Shown piece after piece: positions 1-13,854 of a stretch of DNA of 64,000 nucleotides (position 1 is the stretch's first letter; every line of letters starts with the position of its first letter). Source of the stretch: Perna viridis (lineage: Eukaryota); the NCBI GenBank assembly GCA_037379345.1, contig CM074512.1:25606001-25670000 (forward strand), in the 5' to 3' direction. The translations under genes and the position numbers were made by a program. The notes under the pieces were generated by a model. The model had not been told where the DNA came from. It made no database searches and saw only the letters and a program-made list of their open reading frames with translations.

Positions 1-2610
1 AAAGTGTCATGAAAAAATTTGTCTTGAGAGGCAATACATGTTAAATTATTTCATTTTTTGTAACTGATTTTATTGTAAGTTGGATGTAATTGCAGTTGTA
101 TAATAGTATGATATTGTTGTTGTCTTGTGTCATATGTGTTGTAGTGTAGACTTGATTTTCATTTTTTAAATTTAAAATATTGGTGGATCTTGATAGAATT
201 TTACATCAATTTTTTCAAACCAAAAAAAAGAAAGTTGGTATTGATTCTTTGGGTTTACGACCCAAATATTTTGAAAAATTGGGTCCCAAAAATGGACCAG
301 TAAGAAGTACATCATGAAATTTACCTTTACAACTTAACCTTTGTCGTGCTACACCTGGACCTGTTCCGGATTGGACCTGGTTCCGCTTTATGGTTCTGGC
401 AGTGTTAATCTTATTTAGGAATGTGCAATTTGTGTCCATCTGCAAGCATTGTGACTGTGCTTTAAAATGAGGCTATCTGATATAGAATTTTTTGAAAAAT
501 AATGACTTGAAAGCTTGAAGAAGAGGTCACGGGTTTCCGCTGTCGAAAAAAATGAGATTTTATGGGAGTGGGGTTCATTTCTTGGACCCTCACCAGAGCA
601 GAATTTATCTGTAGTGCTCTATTTTGCCTTGAAACAAAATAAAAATAATTTCTGTCACCACCATTTCGATGTCAACCCCTTGTATTGACTACTTCCGGCT
701 TTAGGCCAAACAGAGACAAAATATTGGAAAAAATCCTCATTCTTTCACACGAGCGACCCTTCAGGGGACTCCTGACCCCCCACTCATGACTGTAACACAC
801 TTTATTTGGCTTCAGTAGCCTTCAGGGTGTACAGGCTGTAGGATGAATGTGCTTTGGTTCCTGATTTGCTCCCATTGAACCCCACATGTAGCAAAAAATG
901 ACCATTTTCGAGTGACAGACCCATTTTTCCATGTTTGTCCACCCACCCTTGGGTGAAAAAAAGAAGCTAGAAGTAAGCATTTTATAAAACATATAATAAC
1001 TGATGTTATATCACACGAAAGATGGGTGTAGGAGTAGTAACCTTATTCATTGTCCCAGTTGGTTTGACATCTGTGTTCATATCAAGCTGTGCCCTGCCAA
1101 TCATTCTATTGTTTGAAGTAGAAAATTATGGTAAATATGAGCCCTCAATACAGTATTAAGTGTTAAAATTCAAGGGGAGAACTTTTCAATTTTATTGCAT
1201 CTGTGACTACTATTTTTACTGAAATTATTTGAGAAAAAAATTAGAGAAAAGCCAAAGACTGAAATTTTTTTATTAGCCAGTTTATTGGGATAAAAGCTAA
1301 ATTTTAAAACACAAGGTACCCTTTTTTGAAACACAAATTTCCAATTCAAATGTGAAAACATGCCTTGCCACTATTTAAAATATAAAAATAATCAATATCT
1401 GTTAAACGGTTGTACAGTTTCTGTTTAAGTGCAGTTACCAAGGTGAACCCAAGCTTACTGAAGTGTGACACCCAATTAAAAAAAAAAACAAAAAACAAAG
1501 TCCTCTGTTAATTTTTGGAATGTTTCATTAATCTATCATTATCTTCAATTTTACACCTCAATGTATAATGGTAGGGAAGCGAAAGAGTTGTTAGTGAAAT
1601 TTGTATTCCTGATATTAGAGAAAGGACATCTTGTCTTAGATAATGATAGATTGCTTTAACATTTGCCATCAATCTGTTAAAGATACAAGTTCTTGCTTTT
1701 TTCTGTCAGAAAAGAAAATAAATATTTCTTCCTCATGTTCTGCAGCACTAAACATGATATAAACATGAATTTCATATATTTATTTACCTATCAAATATCT
1801 GAAGTTGTAAACTAATTAGTCTCAATATACTTAATGATTCTCAGTTGGAATCCATACTTAAGTCATAATTGGTTGTTAGCTATGTCTAATACAAGTAATT
1901 AGATAATTAAAGTGGGAAAGCGAAGTGTCAGAGCTTGGCTGTAGATACTGTTACAATTCTGTCACATTAACCCTCTAGGATCTGTTCACTTAAGTGTCAT
2001 TCATCTACACTATGTTGAAGAGTAGAAATACTGTAAGTTAAGTTAATAAAAAAGGGATGTGTCTATTAAGTCTAGCACTGTTGTGTGCAGCACCATTTGA
2101 AAACAAACTGTTCCATTATTGTAATGGCTGATCTATGCACTGATTGGTAAAAGTAATGTTTCAAAGCAGCCAGTCCTGGGAATGTATGCCAATCTTAGTG
2201 AAATTGTTTCGCAACATTTTCAATATCTTTCCCATCTGTGGGAGTGTATACTGTGTAATATATATTACGTAATAAAGAAAATTATATGGGTAGGTCTATT
2301 GTTTTTATTTGTGTAGATTCTGACAAACAGTTGGTAATCATTAAATTGCCTTGTCACGTTCTATAGATGTCTGTGACAAACATAGAATACTTCAGTCAGA
2401 CTGTTATATTAACAGTGTATTATACATAGTTCTCATGTCAAACCTGTTCTCCATTACCACCACCAAAAAATCCTGACTAGTTAACTAGTAAACACTGATT
2501 GTAGCACTTTTATTTGAAGTGTTTGTGAATATTGCTGTCTAATTAACTAGTAAACACTAGTTGTAGCACTTTAATTTGAAGCATTTGTGAATGTTCATAA
2601 CTATAGTTAG

Positions 2611-2746
2611 CAGTGGCGTAGCTACAATGCATTTCAAGAAGCCAAGGCTTCAACATGCTTGCAATAGAAACCAACTAAAACAAGTCCCTCCCCGTTTATT
2701 TGTTAGGAATGTCTTCCACATTGATTTAGTCCTGGCTTCCCCACTG
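2611..2746. mobile_element. Small hAT-like MITE remnant inserted in a ~61-bp degenerate repeat
   Basis: cagtggcgtagcta / tggcttccccactg imperfect TIRs. Confidence 0.35.
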
Positions 2747-3283
2747 GTAGTTGCATTTTAATTTGAAGAGTTTATAAAATATATCTGTCTAGTTAACAAC
2801 AAACACTGGTTGCACTTGGAATTGAAGTGATTGTAAAAACATTGCAAAATTTCTGAAATTTCTGTAACCAAATTTTGTCACAACCATCCTTTGTGATGGT
2901 GTTAATTATAATGATTGAGTGTTAAAAAAAGTTATTACTATATTTAGGACATAGGGGTGAAGGTTTTCCTTTTTAATTTAATATCTCCATAACTATGAGA
3001 TATGGTACAGAAAAAAATTCAGCTCCTTTTCGTTTGACTACTAAAAAAATGGGGATCATATAATGATAAAGCACTGTTGTTTCATCCCAGTCCCTTTGTT
3101 ATCTGCAGATACAAGGTCTTTGTTCAGTTACTTTAATATGAGTTGGTTGATTTTTATAAAATTTTACCACAAGATTATGGTCGAAACTGTGGTGGAACTA
3201 AGTGCCAAAAATGGGCCAAACAAGTTTTTCAAAGAATTGAACTATTAAACTCCAGTTAAAGTATATGCAAGTCGAGGATATTA

Positions 3284-4262
3284 TTTATACCCCCAGTAAT
3301 TAGAGTTGGGCTATATTACAATCACCTTGTCCGTCTATCCATCAGTCTGTCCATCCGTCCATCTGTTATACTTTATCATACCCCCTCTTGAAAAGTGGGG
3401 GTATATAGTGATGGGGAGTCCGTCCATCTGTCTTTCTGTCTGTAACAAATATTTCCATCAAAGATTTCTTGGCTCCTGGAGAGAATGATCAGATATTTGA
3501 TATATGGCTTAAGCATGATGACTTGTACTGTGTCTCCCCTTTACAGCTTTCTAGGTCATTTTCCAGAACTTCCAGAATTTTCTTAGAATTTTTACATGTG
3601 CAGTATTGGGAAATTCTTTCCGTTGCAGATTTTCAACACCCTTTAGAAGGAATGATTAGATTTTCAGTGATATAGTAATTAGATGAGATTTCAAGATTTA
3701 TAACATATTATTTAATTTATTTGAAATTTCTGTTACTAGCAAGAATACATAAGCCTCTGAAGACATTCACTCAACCTTAAGCATGTACCGGTACATAGCA
3801 ATTTTGAATATAACAAGAATGAATTTTGATAAAATGTCAGAGACAATGATCCAAGTAAGGTAAAAAATATCAGAATTTTATTGACAATTTTTTATCACCA
3901 AACCTTTTTTTTCAGTTCTGTACCTAGCCTACAATTAAGATTTCTGTGTATATGGTCATATTTGGGGAGTGGAGTGTATGTTGAGATATTTGGTATAATG
4001 CTTATTCATGATGACTTGTATGATGTCTCCCCAGGTTCCTTCCTCATCTACTTCCTGTTTACCAAATGACTTAGTAATTTTTTAGGTGGTGCATAATGGA
4101 AATTTTCGTAACAGATTTCTCAGCTTCTACCACAGGGAATGCTTAGATATTAGGTATATTGCTTCTGCATGATGACTTGTACTGTGTCTCCCTTTTCCAG
4201 CTTTGACTGAAATGGTTGAGTTGAGGTATTCTTAGCACAAGATAGTGTTCCACATCTTGTTA
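3284..4262 (+). mobile_element. Degenerate nested HINE-like elements
   Basis: tttatacccc starts, gtccatccgtcc microsatellite, repeated catgatgacttgtactgtgtctcccc. Confidence 0.45.
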
Positions 4263-7200
4263 TTTCACAGTATTCTATACTGCTATGGTCATACTGCAAT
4301 TGATTTGGGGGGTCAAGATTTGAATCATGTGGGAATGAGGGATCAAAAAGGGGCCAGAAAAAAAGTGGTTTCCTGATGTCTGAACAATAACTTGTCTGTG
4401 AGTAAATAGGTCTCTTTTAAATTATACTACATGGTGTCATAACTCAAAAGGAAGTCTTGGATTGAGTTTGGGGGTTGTGACTATAAAAGTTGAGTCATTA
4501 GGAGTCAAATTCTTATCCTGTATGAAATGTACAATCACCAACAAATGTTTAGGCTGTATTAAGTTTGAACCTCTGTGGTAATATCAAGATGTCCCTTGTG
4601 AGGTTTTTAATTTTATCCTTTTAAAGCGCTTCAAAATCATTAATTTGAAGTGTGATGATGACTCCATTTAGTAGCTTTTGTCCTTGGAATCTAAAACTTG
4701 CTTATTTTGGCTTCTATCTCAAAAACTATAATTGATAAAAACTTTCAGATGATGAAATAATCCCAATAAAGATATTTATTTAAGTCACCATTGATTGGAT
4801 GATAGTTGAATGACAAAAATACATTTTTTGTTGTTTAGCAGTTTTAATTGCTTCTCCCTAAAATACCATAATTGATAGGAAGAAACACTTAATGGAAAAA
4901 ATCATTTCCTGAATCTTTTAACCTCAATCTAATCAGGCTTTTATAAGCTTGGTCATCAGGATGATTTTATCAACTGAAAAAATTCTTAAGGAGAAATTAT
5001 GATTTGTACTTTTCCTTTAAATTATTGTGGTAAATCTCTGTACCTGATGAAGACTTTTTAAAATTAACGTCATCAGGATCATTTTATTTTATTTGTTTTT
5101 ATTACCCCCCCCCTCCCAGCATAAAACAAACGAACCATAAACAACAACTAAAATCATCATTTCTGGCCTTTCAATGACAATTATTCATGTAAGGAGTTGT
5201 TAAATAACTTCTGTAGAGCCTTTCTTTCTTGCTGATTATCATACAACTGCGTGAGACAAAAACAGTAGATTATCTGTTGATGATTCTGTGTACTGAGGGC
5301 TACTTCATTATTTCACTCATTAAAGACGTGAGTTAATGGATTTGATATTTTAAAAATAAAACCTTGATTCTTCAAAAGAAAACATCTAAAAGGCAGTTAA
5401 ATATCCTTGTTTGTCTGCTTTGTCTGGATGGTTAGCATGTGTTTTATTTACTTTAATGGAAGACATGTATGTTATGAACAGTGTTTCTGAGTAATGATAT
5501 TGATCCTAAAAAAATATCTGTGTTATATGGCTTTGTTGTTATGATCCAAATGCAATAACATAAACTCCTATGACATAGAAACTTATAATATTGCATTAAA
5601 AAAAAAGAAATTTTTACATCTTTTCAGATACTATATTTACAGATTTCATATTTTCTTAAAAAAAAAATAAAAGTTGAAAAAAATTAATTACCAAATACTA
5701 ACATATGCATGGAAGGACAATTTTTGTTGCAAGGCTTTGTTGTAAATTACTGAAGGGTTACAGTGTTTATAGTTTCATGACTATTTCTACTTTAGAACAG
5801 TGCATCATTCTATCTGCTAACCGTTCACTACTGAACAGAATGACATAATGAATTGATGAACATGTGAAGCCTACTTAATTGTTCAGTAGTCTTGTTGGAG
5901 TAGTGATCTCCTGAGATCCATGGTAATAGTCTCAGGTACAAAGAACATCATCACATCTTTCATTATTGATGAAGCATGGTTGGCCCACATAGTGCTAGAA
6001 ATGTCAGACTTCATAGTGACTAAACAGTTTCCTTCTTGTTTATTGCCATACCATTTGCCTGTATAGGGTCTGTAAGTCTCATCATGTGACCCTATGGTTT
6101 CAGGAGAATGGGTTCCTTACTTTCATTCTAAAGTGTAGGAAGTGGTTGTTTATTGAGTAAATTGTACAATCGTATCAAAGAAAACCTCTTATGAGCAAAT
6201 ACATTCATAAGAACACGACTCCTCTTTCTACAGTATACTAAGTTTGGTAATAACACATAATTGAAAATTCTAATAACTCTGTATCACATTGGTTGCTAAG
6301 TTAATACAAAGGGGTCTTCATTTTCATTGCTTTTAACAGTAGAAATCCTGAATAAGGAATAAAATGAGGTGAGACTTACAAGCCTTATTTCCCTTAGATC
6401 CATTTCAGAGACATGTTAAAATTGGTGATTGGACATTCAGTGAAAATTATATTTTTTATTACATCATTATTGGACATCATATGTTAATATGCATGAAGGA
6501 ATATAATTACTGCGTGAAGATTCCAAAGGGAGATAACTCAGGAGCTTTACATTTAATATTTAACTCCATATGAAGTGGGGGTATTCTCTTTGTCAGCTTA
6601 CAATGTATTTCTAGTTGTACCTGAAAAATCAATTTAAAGTGGTTTTGGGTGTTTTTATGATTCCTTCTTTCTTCCTTAAAAGAAAGACCTTTAAATGATA
6701 AAAGAAAGACCTTTAAATGATGAAATTATTCTTATGACCATGCTCACACAAGTCCTCATGGTTTGATATTTAGTTAGAGGTCTAGTATTCCTGAATTTCT
6801 GATAGCAGTTAATATAATTGTAAGAGGAAACTTAAATGTTTTTGCTGTTTTCTTTTATCTTGAAACCACAACAGATTTAAAGTAATATGAAATGTCAAAA
6901 AAATATTTTCATCAACCAAAATATTTTTTATGGTTTTCAAATTATGGTATTGTTTAAAATACATTTGGAAGAAAAAAAACCATAGATTTGTTCTGTATAT
7001 TCTGAGAACATGATTCATTTGAATTATGTATATAAAAATTTGATATCAGAAGTAACATGCTTTCTGAATGGATAAAAAATTTTGTCCATCATCTCATAAA
7101 CCAAATTTTGTAATATGACTGTGAGGTCATCATCTTTTTTAATGATTTACTCCTTGAATTTTGATATTAGAATTAAACTATAAAGAGTGGCTGTGATATT

Positions 7201-8111
7201 TTTTAGTCTATATTAAATAACCTCAATGCCCGTTGTGTACACTGAGATTTAGGTTACCTCTTCATAGGCAGAACAATTATAACAGTCATTCAAACTATAT
7301 GCACTTACTTCTGTTTTTGGACAGATAAAATGAAAGCCTTTGATGAATCAGCAAGCTGCACAGAAATCAGATGAGACCCATTACATCATTTATTTTTCTC
7401 ACTTATGATTTTTCTTGTAAAATGTGTGGTTGAATTGCACAATTTCTCAATTAGAAGATATTAACCTTTTAAGGCCTAATTCGACTGTGTTTTGTTTTAA
7501 AAAATCTGTAAAAGTCTTCATTTGGGAAATTATATCAAAATCTCCTATATACATCAATTTTTCATATGTTCCAAGTGAGCAGTGCAGGCTTGATGGAGCC
7601 TCTAAATTTTTTTATTGTCATACTCATTGCTGTTAATAATTATATGTTTTTTAGGCAGATCACATGCATGCTGATGTGAATTTGCTGTGACAAAACATAT
7701 TAGAAATTTGGCACTGGCTTTGTTTGTTTTATTTTTTTGTACTTTTACATACACATCTGTATTTATTTTGTCTTTTAAATCATGATGTTTAACTAAAGTA
7801 AACTGAGTGGTAACTGTAGTATTTATCTGAAGTCCAGAAACACCCAATCTTAAAATCACTAGTTTAATGAATGAAAAGCCTTTTATATAGATTAAGTTGT
7901 GCCAAAGTTTCCAAAGATTTTTACATTCAACATGGATATACCAATACCATACTCTCATATAGGAGTTTTTTTGTGCAAAAGTAATTGGAAAACACTATAA
8001 AGAAGGTGGTTGACCGATTTGACATAAAGTTGATGTACCATTGAAGCTTGGAACTGTGGGAAAATTTAAGGCTGTGTTTTAAAAGCATGTTCACTTGTTG
8101 ATGTCATTCAT

Positions 8112-8344
8112 ATACAGTCAAATCTGTTCTAAGTGACATGCCAAAGGAGGGCAAAATTATGGTTGCATACTATTGAGGGGGGTTTTAACGTGAGTCTGGC
8201 ACGGACAGGTAGTATGTGGTTTTATGGTCACATAAGACAGGTAGTTTTTATTTACAGGTTATTTTTACACACAATGTACTACATAGGAATATTTTGATCA
8301 TAGTCTTTTTTAAGACAGGTCATTGCTAATTATAAAGTACTGTA
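8112..8344. mobile_element. Degenerate Tc1/mariner-type MITE
   Basis: ta-cagtcaaatctg start, repeated taagacaggt, ends actg-ta. Confidence 0.4.
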
Positions 8345-9043
8345 TCAAAACTTTGCATTGATTTTATTGGCATACTGCAACAAGAAATTAAAAAAAAAGT
8401 TTTTAAGAAGTTATTGGAAGGAAAGACATCTTGGCAGTTTCAAAACAAGTATGATGTTTGTGACATCACAACAGGAAGTTTTATACAGTCAATGATTGTA
8501 TGTCACTTGTATATATACAGTCAATGCATTTTGCCTTCTTAAATAGAACGATTGCAGTACATAATAATTTGGAAGAATTTAACTCTTAAAGTATTATCGG
8601 TATACCTGTGAGGGAAATTGTCACTCCAAGTATTGATATTATGTTGAATTTCATGTGCTTATTCAAAGATGGTTTGCATTATTTGGTGCAAGAATAATGG
8701 AATTAAATCAAAGACCAAATCTATTTTATGTTTCCAGTAGCTTCCCACTTGTATTACTTTGATAATAATCAATGTAATCTGCAGGAGGGCTATATCAACT
8801 CAATAGTTTCTGGGTTGTAAAATATGTTGTGTCTGTGATAAACATCAGTATCACAATTTACTAAATTAAAAAAAAAACAATATGGCACTTCATATGATTT
8901 GTAAAATACACAGACTCTAGTAATGTTGATAGTCGCACCAGAAATCAATCAGAATGAAGTTTTCCACCACTTAATTCCTACATGGATTGCTCATTTCTGT
9001 TTTAATTGAATAATTTTATTAAATCATTTGCTTATTTTTTCAG

Positions 9044-9532
9044 ATTCTAATGGAGAGAATCATTTGACTACTTTAGTGACAAGTTGATCGTTCGCTGTGG
9101 GAGAAATCAGCACTACTAGGAGTACTTTATGAAATCTTCACTGTTCTTCAACTGCCGTGTATCAATAGTAATGATATATCCTAAAGTGCCACGAGTTATG
9201 TTTAATCAATAATTTTCTCCGAACTCTGATTACATTTTACGGAGCAGACATCTATAGACTCCTGGTCGGCACAACGATATGATTTTTTATGGTAATCATA
9301 ACAGCAGCTTTATTAAAAACCAGTTATATCAAAGAGATTCCAAACTTTGTCTGGGATTAGAATGATTTTTCATTACATTTAAATTCCATACTGCTTGTTC
9401 CACTGGAGATAAAGAAGAGGGAGAATCTGATGGAATATTTGATTGATAGGAAGTCTTAAAAGGAACCGGAATTATTGTCTGTTTTACTTAGATGGAACAT
9501 GTATTAAGAAATAGCAGTGAGTCATACTTGTA
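9044..9532 (+). other. Spliced 5' UTR part of the first coding exon of neurexin, with several uORFs
   Basis: Strong acceptor ttatttttt cag| ending 9043, then ~490 nt to the signal-peptide ATG at 9533. uATGs at 9050, 9129, 9279, 9289, 9362, 9430, 9492, 9499. Confidence 0.6.
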
Positions 9533-10256
9533 ATGAAGAAAATAATGTTGAATTATTTTGCAATATTTCTAATTTTTGCACGATCTGCTTTTGCATTCCT
9601 AGAAATATCAAAGTCAGAGTTTGCCTATGTGAAATTGGAAGAATGGAAGCCATGTAGAAATGGCTCAATACAGTTGGAATTTAAAACTACGCAGGAAAAT
9701 GCTTTAATTTTGTACACTGATGATGGTGGGTTGAATGACTTTTTTGAAATCAAGCTTTTGAAGGGAGTTATACACCTTGTACTGAACTTAGGAAGTGGAA
9801 AAATGCGTCTAGCTGCTGGGGAATATTTATATGACAATGAGTGGCATAAAATTTCTATCAAAAGGCAAAATGAAAAAATATCACTACATGTAGATAGTTC
9901 CTCACAAACAAGACCTTACCAAGGGAAAGATCAGCTCTTTGGAATACCATCTAAACCAAATAATTATGTATTTTTGGGAGGAGTGTCAAAAGATTATCAA
10001 GATAGGACTAATGCTTTGACTGTTGAAACTATATTTTTTGAACCCAGATTTACAGGGTCTATCAGAAATGTTCTATTTAGTAACTGTGGTGGACCAAGAT
10101 TTAGACCCAATGTATTGAGCTCATTAAATTTGACACATGGCCCTAACATGTGCCTGACGAAGAACTCCTGTGTACATGGCACATGCATTGAAGAAGATGA
10201 TGGAATGTCATGTGACTGCTCTGAAACCAATTTCAAGGGAGATAAATGTGAGATAG
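9533..10256 (+). CDS. NRXN: Alpha-neurexin exon 1: signal peptide, LNS1 (laminin G), EGF1
   Basis: MKKIMLNYFAIFLIFARSAFA signal peptide; FKT..LILYTDDGG..DFFEIKL, DNEWH and VFLGG LamG motifs; six-Cys EGF ending CDCSETNFKGDKCE; donor G|gtaggt, phase 1. Confidence 0.96.
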
Positions 10257-11571
10257 GTAGGTTATAGTAGTGATGATGTAAGATCCAGATAATGTACTAC
10301 CATAGATTGAAATTTGAATTTTTCTACCATTGACAAATACTGTTATCAAGTTCTTCTATGAGGAAGGAATGTAAAAGGCAGAGGATTTTTAAATTTTATC
10401 TTTCAATGTAACATGTTTGACAACTAATACCAGGTGTTTTATATACAAGTTTCTTAGATGATTTTATCCTGATTTTATCAAAGTTTCACCAAAATAACTG
10501 TTGAAAAGACATTCATGTGGTCCTATCATAGTTGTTTCTGCATTGAATTTTGTCCTATTTCCAGCCTTTTACCAACGAAGTAAGCACCATTTAATAATTC
10601 AGTGTATAATTTTAGTTATTTTGATATGCATGTCTTTTTCTGATTTATACTATTTGAGAAACCATTATTGATGACAGTTGTCTTTGTTTAAGTGTAAATT
10701 GTGTGAATGTGTAATTACCACTTATCTGAGTCTGTGATGGGATAAATCCATATTTGTCCATTGTTTATTCCATCACAAAAATGGTTGTACATAGCTATGG
10801 CAAGAATTATTGGCATCTTGAATTATTTGACTCTTTGTTGGATAATTTGGGTCTTATTTTTTTCATCTAGTTTTTGTGGTTTGTGGATTCAGTTGGTTAT
10901 TAGTTATTATCAGAACAGATCTTTGGCATGCACAATTTTCAGAGCATGGTTTGCATGGTATTATTTTTTCATAAATAGATCCATAAATTTTCTACAAATG
11001 TTTATGCATATATGGGCACTGATTTGAAATTGTTTTAAACTTTGAGATATTGTCAATTCTGACATATGGTATTCGTGCTATGTTTTTTTAACTGCAAATA
11101 ATTTTACATACAATAATCCCAAATACTCAATTTCACTTTTTCAGTTTTCATATTTTCAAGTAAATCATATTATTTTTAACCTTGGGGCTGACATTGATTT
11201 TTATATGGTGGTTGATGCCTCCCATTCCAATTAAACATTTGAACATTTATTTCTGTCAGTATATGTGCCTGCTATTACAAGGACTTATAACAGCCAACAT
11301 AAAACAAATAATGCACTAAGTTATTTCCATCAAATAATGATGATTCTATTTAAAGAACATGCTTCATCACAATTATTATAATTGATAAGATCATAAATGC
11401 CTAGAGATTTGTATCTTGTAGGTTAGACGGGTACCCATGTAATGTGAGTTATACCATGTCTTTCATCATCACCATTAATTCCAGACATGAACTTTATAGC
11501 AGGGTCAATATTATAAGTACCCACCTCCCCTGGTATGTTTGATTTTTTGTTTATTTAAAGTAACATTTAAA

Positions 11572-12200
11572 AATGAATATGTGGGTCCCCTGGGTAGATG
11601 TGATCCAATGTGGGATAACAGATAATGAATATGTGGGTCCCCTGGGTAGACGTGATCCAATGTGGGATAATAGATAATGAATATGTGGGTCCCCTGGTTA
11701 GATGTGATCCAATGTGGGATAACAGATAATGAATATGTGGGTCCCCTGGTCAGACGTGATCCAATGTGGGATAATAGATAATGAATATGTGGGTCCCCTG
11801 GTTAGACGTGATCCAATGTGGGATAACAGATAATGAATATGTGGGCCCCCTGGGTAGACATGATCCAATGTGGGATAACAGATAATGAATATGTGGGCCC
11901 CCTGGGTAGACATGATCCAATGTGGGATAACAGATAATGAATATGTGGGCCCCCTGGGTAGACATGATCCAATGTGGGATAACAGATAATGAATATGTGG
12001 GCCCCCTGGGTAGACATGATCCAATGTGGGATAACAGATAATGAATATGTGGGCCCCCTGGGTAGACATGATCCAATGTGGGATAACAGATAATGAATAT
12101 GTGGGTCCCCTGGTCAGACGTGATCCAATGTGGGATAACAGATAATGAATATGTGGGCCCCCTGGGTAGACATGATCCAATGTGGGATAACAGATAATGA
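11572..12200. repeat. Minisatellite, 52-bp unit, ~12 copies
   Basis: aatgaatatgtgggYcccctgggtagacRtgatccaatgtgggataacagat. Confidence 0.97.
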
Positions 12201-13570
12201 GTGGTCTGTTGATTTTTATATTGCTTTACTTGACATTAAAATTAATAAAAAGGTCTTTTAACTCTTGTAATGATTGCTTGGTAGTCTATTAAGATAAGAG
12301 AACAATTTGTCTATGAATATATTTCTTGGTAAGTTTTCAATAACTCTGTGTTTTTAAGGACATTAACATTTGATGTGAGCAATGGTTCTCCCTAAAGATA
12401 CCTGTTCAAATCATTACCTCAGGATTATGGTTCAAAATATTGATATGAATAGCAGAATATGTTCCTTGGGAATTTTATTAAACGAAATTAATTTTTTTGG
12501 TATTTCTCTTGGGTATTTCATGGTGTAGTAGTTATTTTCATCTACATAACATTGTTGATTCCTTGAAAATGTCAGATATTAAACTGGCATGTTTCTAGTT
12601 TTGTTTCAAAATTTAGAATTCTGCTGAATTTAATCATTTTGGGCCATTGTCAGTGAGACTTTCATATTGAAGGATTATACTGGTTAAAGTATGATCATTT
12701 GCAAAGTACAATAAACAAAATATGCACATGGAAAATTTATGTTATTTTTCAAAAGCCAAATTTTTATCATAGCCAATTCTTATAAATTAATTTAAAAACA
12801 TATTTTTATCTTTTAACATGAAAAAAGTAGCTCTGAATTTAACTGAATAGGGGCGTGTCAATATTTTTTCCATTGAGATATAACAAAATTGTTCTAACCA
12901 ATCAGATTACAGTATTTTTCTCAAATTAATTTATTTCACAATGGAAACAACAGCAATAGCGTAAAAACATAAAATTCTAGTTATAAATAAATGAAAAGGC
13001 TTGTGTTGGTACCCAGATGTAGTGAAATGAACAAAATTTGGTCTTTGTCCTTTCTGCTATTACATCTCTTACAGTTGTAAAAATACCTCCTGGCTTAATT
13101 GTTACTGGTTTTCGATTTGTGAAAACTTGTTATGCTTTCTCCTCCTATGAACTGTTTGGGATGGTTAAGCTCACATTTGCTCATTTTCTTCACAGTTTTT
13201 ATATTGACATATACTATCTCTATGTTAAAGAATATTCCTAATTCTATCTTTTGCCAGTTTAAAACAAAACATCCTAGAATAGTTTGTTCTGCACATGAAT
13301 TTTTAATTACCAAGCTGCTGATACTTAATGTTAAACTTTGTCATTGAGCTTTCATGGTTTGATATTTATATATCTATAAAATGTAGCATTTGCTTTTAAA
13401 ATCATTTCCTGTAAATAACTAGTCATTTCAAACTACAGTATAATTTGTGCTGAGTACTTGATGTTCCAAAGACAGTTGAAAATAGTCTGGCTTGTTACCA
13501 GTTACCATTTGGTGCCTTTTAGAAATGGGAAACTTTGTTATAGAGTAGTGATTTCTGTTTGAAAGTGATA

Positions 13571-13854
13571 TTTATAACCTTGCTCCAAAGGAGAGGAGGG
13601 TATACTGTTATACTCTTGTCCATGATTCCGTGTTTCTGTATGTCCTAAGAAATTCTTTTTGTCACAGTTTTTTCAGCAACTACTTATCACAGCCACTTAA
13701 ACTTTGAACACATTCTTCCTGTAGGTATGCCAAATGGCATTTTCAGAAAATTCAACAATGACTTCCTGTTTACCGAGGACTTGGTTTATTTTCCTTATAT
13801 TGTGATTGAAAGCTGCAGTATCACTGGTGAGCCATTGCTCACAGATTTCTTGTT
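13571..13854 (+). mobile_element. Degenerate HINE-like element
   Basis: gtatactgtt 5' part, acttcctgttt core, 3' gagc..gctcacagatttcttgtt; related to 40164-40606. Confidence 0.5.

Noticed and set aside
200-1480. GC-richer block as a promoter or gene
   Set aside because: No credible ORF or exon; it looks like a transposon fragment, but I could not define both ends.
9625-10236. Antisense ORFs over exons (also at 42268, 49614, 57998, 61627, 63399)
   Set aside because: Shadows of the sense coding frame with no independent features.
11572-12200. Regular repeat array resembling CRISPR, with 71-160 aa minus-strand ORFs
   Set aside because: Contiguous 52-bp units with no unique spacers and no cas genes, inside a eukaryotic intron; the ORFs are translations of the repeat.
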